From Amoebophrya sp. A120 (Eukaryota > Protista > Dinoflagellata), in assembly GCA_905178155.1 (NCBI GenBank), contig CAJINV010000039.1:27159-48190 (forward strand): a DNA stretch of 21,032 nt. The letters are read 5' to 3'. Shown one piece after another: positions 16,716-21,032 of the stretch; the first letter of the stretch is position 1, and each line of letters begins with the position of its first letter. The notes beneath the pieces are model-generated. The model saw nothing but the letters and a program-made list of their open reading frames with translations. It ran no database searches and had not been told where the DNA came from. Position numbers and translations under genes: made by a program.

Positions 16716-19700
16716 ATGAGCATTTGGTCACTGGTGGGGGACTCTGACCCGCGGCACAGTGATAGCGCAGTTGAAGAGCGGCGGATCAGAGTTTGTAATC
16801 TTGCAGGTGACCCCCTGTGCGAACTCAGTACATCAAGTGCGCAACTACGACCGGAGACATGTATACCTGTGACGCAAGAGAAATCCTGCGACTTATCGTG
16901 CCACGATGCCGCCCGCGCCGCAGAAACCGAAGCAGTGTCTTTCAACGAAGCTGGACGCAGCGACCAAAGCGCGATCGTGTCAGAGGTCCGACTGGGAGCG
17001 ATTATGCAGATGGTCGAAGCCGCAACCTCTCACCCTGCGGAGGACCAGATGTACTTCTGGGGCAGTACTTATGATAGGCAGCAACCAATCGAAGCGTTCG
17101 AGCCTCGCTCGGAAGCGGAACACGCGGAAGAGCAACGTCGTGGGCATCCTGCGGAAGAACAAGAAAAATTCTTGTACGACCCTCGGCTCGCAATTCCAGT
17201 CGACGTCGATATAGTAACTGTCGTCTTCGACGAGCGTCCGTCGAAAGCTCTGGTGTCCATCTCCAACTACTTGGAGAGGGAAGCTTGGCACTGCTTCCAT
17301 CATGCTCTTGGTACCTTTGGGAGGGATTTTCTAGAAGAGTCTGCTTTTTGGTCTGATGATGAAGAAGGAGCCGTAACGAACAATCTACACGGCGCTGCAG
17401 CAGAAGAAGACGACGCTGACAGCATCCGCGAGTTAGGCAATGAAGCCACCGACTACTGCATCCGCGTAATTCAACTGAAGTATCCTGAGTATCGGTGGAA
17501 CTTGTCGTTTTTGCAGAAGTTTGTCGAGCTTCGAATGCAGATTTGTCTTTTACCGGGCCAGGATCCGAGATGTTTAAACGAAGATTTCGTTCGGCTGTTC
17601 AACTCTGACAAAGATCTGGCCCTAGTAGCATGTCGCGCGAATGGGCTGGCGCTTAAATATTGCGACCCTGCACTTCGTGATGACATTGAGGTAGTGCGTG
17701 TTGCTGTAAAGTGTGATTGGCGAGCACTGAAATACGCAGCGCCAACAGTCCGAGCCTCGGGCGATCCAGAGATGATCGAATCTGCGGCGCACCAATGCGG
17801 TTGGGCCTTGAAATACTTTTCCGAGACAACACAAAACGACGCTCCTGTGGTGCAGCTCTGCGTGAAGAGCAGGCCCTGGGCAATTCAGTATTCCTCGACA
17901 TTGCTTTGGGACGACGACAAAATCATGGCCTGCGTCGCCAGCGTCGATGGTCTACCTGCACTCAAGTACGCTTCGAAGCGGCTGCGAGCCTGCACGAAGC
18001 TGGTGAGGATGGCAGTGCAGAGCAACGGTTTAGCAATTAGATTTGCCTCCGAGGATCTGCGAGCCGATCGAGAGATCGCGCAGCTTGCCACTCAAAACAA
18101 CCCTTATGCGGTCCGCTACTTGCAGACCCGACTGCGCAGAACCGATCTCCAGCTACTTCGAGCCACCATGAAGATGCATCTCAAGGAGACCGAAGCCGAA
18201 CGTCGCGCACATGCAGACACAAACGGTCAGAATTTTTTCTACGGGATGAATAATTTTTATTTCAGCTATAGTACCGGCGAGCCACAAGAAGAATTTTTGC
18301 AACGTGACGGACGGCATCTCAAGCATGTGGAGTTCCGCGGGCTCATAGAGCATCACTGTGACTGCTGGTGCAGGGATCACGATTTGCTCTTCAACAGGGA
18401 TCCGCGCGAAATAGTAGGCGGCGAATCAGATGACACTGAAGCTGGCAGAGGCGATGGAACCGCTTTGCCCGTGGCAGTGCAGCCTGTCGAACGAGCCGTA
18501 TGTTGGTGAAGACCTTCCGCCGTTGAACATCCACGCAATTCCACTTGTACTTAATCTCCTCCAACGGCGCATCCGACCGAGCGAGCCTTACTTTATCATG
18601 TATGATTTACTTATTTATTCTACGGGTTCGGGTACGGTCCGTAGCTGCAAACAGAAGAGAGACCGAGGGCATGAGGAGGACTCTAGTCTTTGAATAAATA
18701 TTCAGATGCGCGCATAATTAATTAAAGTGCAACATGCTTCCATAGAGCACTCATCATTGCGCGACCGTGCAGTGACGCCAACTCTTTTCGTTTCAGTATT
18801 GGTTTTGTCAAGGCTACATGCGTTGCGACACGGATATTTTTCGAAGGGGATGGGGACTGGATGGTGGAACATTTTTCATCATTTTAGGTGGTGGGAGATG
18901 AAGACCGAAACAACTTCCCGCGGAACAATAGCGCGTGTTTTGACCGACATGATGGCCCTCGACCCCTCGGACTAGAAATATTGCATGGTGCTAGCCCCGG
19001 CTTACAAGACAACAACGAACTGGTAGCGCTTTGCGTCGAGCACACCCCGGCGGCGCTAGAGTTTGCAAGTGCGAGACTGAGACGCGACAGCGGTCTCGTT
19101 CTACTGGCAATTCGGCAATTTTGCAAGGGTGTTCAAGTGGAAAATTATGACGGTATCAGCTGGAGGATGTGGAAGCGCGAGGACGACAGCAACTTCTCTG
19201 CGTCCTGTCCCTTTCAGTACGCAGGAAAGCAGCTCCGGTCTAATATTGATTTTTTGCGAAAAGTACTTCTCGAGAGTGACATCGACATGTGCTTCGAAGA
19301 AGCGGAGCTTATCCTGTCTCACGCCGAAAAAAACGTACGCGCAGCCTTTTATGGGGGTTGCCCGGAATTAGCCACACACTTAGTGAAGCAGTACCCAAAA
19401 GCTGTCCGCTTGCTGCCGCGAGAATTTCGACAGAATCGGCAGCTTCTACTGGAGGTGCTCACTCGTGACGGAGACGCAATCAGGTATTGCAGCAGTCGCA
19501 TGAAGTCCGACAAAGATATTGCAGTCGCAGCTGTTTCACACGAACTGAAAAACACGGACCTGCCCCTGATTCTCGGGCGTCTAAAAAGGACTTTGCGAGC
19601 GGACGACGCCGTGGTACGGGCTGCGGTTCACAGGAATGGGATGTCTCTTTCTTCAGCACCGGGAAATTTGTGCGCCAATGCGGAAATAGCGGCCTTGGCG

Positions 19701-20539
19701 GTGTCAAATTTATCAAACAGAGAAAAGTCCTGAATTCAAAGCTTTACAAAGTGCATGGGCTTGTATAGGCTGCAGTAAAGTCTAGTATAGGCTGCAGAAT
19801 GGACTGCCATGAAGAGCGCAGGCTTCGTCCCTCAATAATTTTTATTTCGTATCTATTAATTAATTTTGATTTGTAGACAAAACGGGGGCACAACATTCAT
19901 CGTTCTTGAGCAGCAGTTCTTCTGTGCGGGGAAAGAGGGCTCTCGCAAGGAAAGTTCTGTCTTTAGCCAGACCGGATCAACAATCATATGCGCATCGAGA
20001 GGTCTGACAATCAATGTAGCATAGAGCTCAAGGTCTTTCTTTTTACATACAAACATGGCAATGCGTACGGCTCCATCAATTTCCACATTCTAGGAAAGAC
20101 GATGTCCCCCGACGAACAAAAAAATCTCGCACGACGCGCTATCCTGAACGGGCTCCGGCATTCCGAGTATTTCGTTGAGAAGGCCTTGCAGTTGTGCGAG
20201 TGGGACCGCGCACTTGTATTTGAGGCGCTCAAGAACTGCGGAACTTTATTCGACATTCTTCCCACAGAACTGCAGACTGATCACGAAGTCATATGTTGGG
20301 CACTTCGGAAAAGTCCATTCCCGATGGGGCTGTGGTGTTTGCAACGAGCGGAGCAGCGTAACCGAAAAGATTATGTACTTCTCGCGGTTCCCCGTTATCC
20401 ATTCGCCATCGCCTTTGCATCGAAGGAAATGCAGCAGCACCCGGAGACTTTGGAGCTTCATCGCGAGAAGTGGGGGCATGTGAATTGGAAGGACAAGCAT
20501 TGCCGCTTCGCACTGCAAGTCCAGATGACGCGCCTCTGA
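16716..20539 (+). CDS. DUF4116-repeat protein, paralogue A2; join(16716..18497,18888..~19706,~20051..20539), ~1029 aa
   Basis: Near-identical to A1 with the same exon structure. Three 3-nt indels in the N-terminal region. The last junction reads AVS|KHGNAY. Confidence 0.85.
18498..18887 (+). other. Intron 1 of A2 (390 nt, GT-AG, phase 0)
   Basis: GTATGT...tttttcatcattttAG; in-frame join ...VERA|VVGDEDRNN. Confidence 0.85.
19707..20050 (+). other. Intron 2 of A2 (~344 nt, probably non-canonical, boundaries +/-3 nt)
   Basis: Same logic as A1 intron 2. In-frame stop at 19731-19733; terminal imperfect inverted repeat retained. Confidence 0.7.
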
Positions 20540-21032
20540 TTTACAGCGAGCCGCGCTGGGTTAATCCAGCTCTCCGTGTGTAAGTACTTAAGCAACCGTA
20601 ATCCAGGACTACACTTCGGAAAACTTTGGGAGCCTTACACTTTGACGTATTTTCCATTGTAGAGATGACAAATAACAGTACTGCAATTCAATAACGCTCA
20701 TTTGAGTCGATCCTGGCTCGTTTCTAGAGAAAGTGTACGGCAAAAAGGGAACTGCCCCTCTTGCAATTGGCTTCTCGTCCAGCCACTCCATGCGAGAGAA
20801 AGTGCCAGCCAGACGTGGAAAATTCTCTAATTTGCTCTGGCAAACTGATTATTGTGACCAGCTATTTTTTATAACAGGTAATAGCAGTCCGTGGAAAATG
20901 TGAGAGGCCTATAGCCACAGCTTGACTTTGGGATCGTGCACTACGTACATCGAAGATGAAGATATCACGTTTTGAAAGATGAAGTGTGAGTCCAGGAAGT
21001 GTACCCTGAATCCGGAAATTTTCTTCCACTGG

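Larger units (their letters stand above)
15977..21032 (+). repeat. Copy 2 of the long direct repeat (runs off the window end)
   Basis: Matches 324..5379 and is still matching at the last base of the window. Confidence 0.95.

Noticed and set aside
1058-20791. Numerous 60-160 aa overlapping and antisense ORFs in the ORF track
   Set aside because: They are shadows of the main CDSs or recur only because the DNA is duplicated. They carry no recognisable motifs and several change length or frame between copies.

Overview
This window looks like eukaryotic, intron-containing DNA, most consistent with a dinoflagellate or syndinian such as an Amoebophrya-like parasite; the taxon is an inference. It is a tandem array of four + strand paralogues in the order A1-B1-B2-A2. 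Each encodes a ~1030-1070 aa protein with a putative insertion-split ubiquitin-like N-terminus followed by many DUF4116-type helical repeats. The separate ORFs in the ORF track are exons. A genes have 3 exons: A1 join(1062..2840,3232..~4050,~4398..4886) and A2 join(16716..18497,18888..~19706,~20051..20539). B genes have 2 exons: B1 join(6621..~9332,~9571..10062) and B2 join(11803..~14523,~14761..15252). The most notable signal is the introns. Both ends of every intron pair into an imperfect stem, rich in G-U pairs in the A genes, that sits roughly symmetrically at the exon junctions. One intron is GT-AG and present only in A paralogues. The other lies at the same codon in A and B but has unrelated sequence in the two types, and no GT-AG solution preserves the conserved peptide, so it is a candidate non-canonical, introner-like intron. 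The array is hierarchical (~5.18 kb sub-repeat inside a ~15.65 kb repeat), all four genes share a ~215 nt 3' module, and a hidden minus-strand coding exon lies upstream of each A gene.
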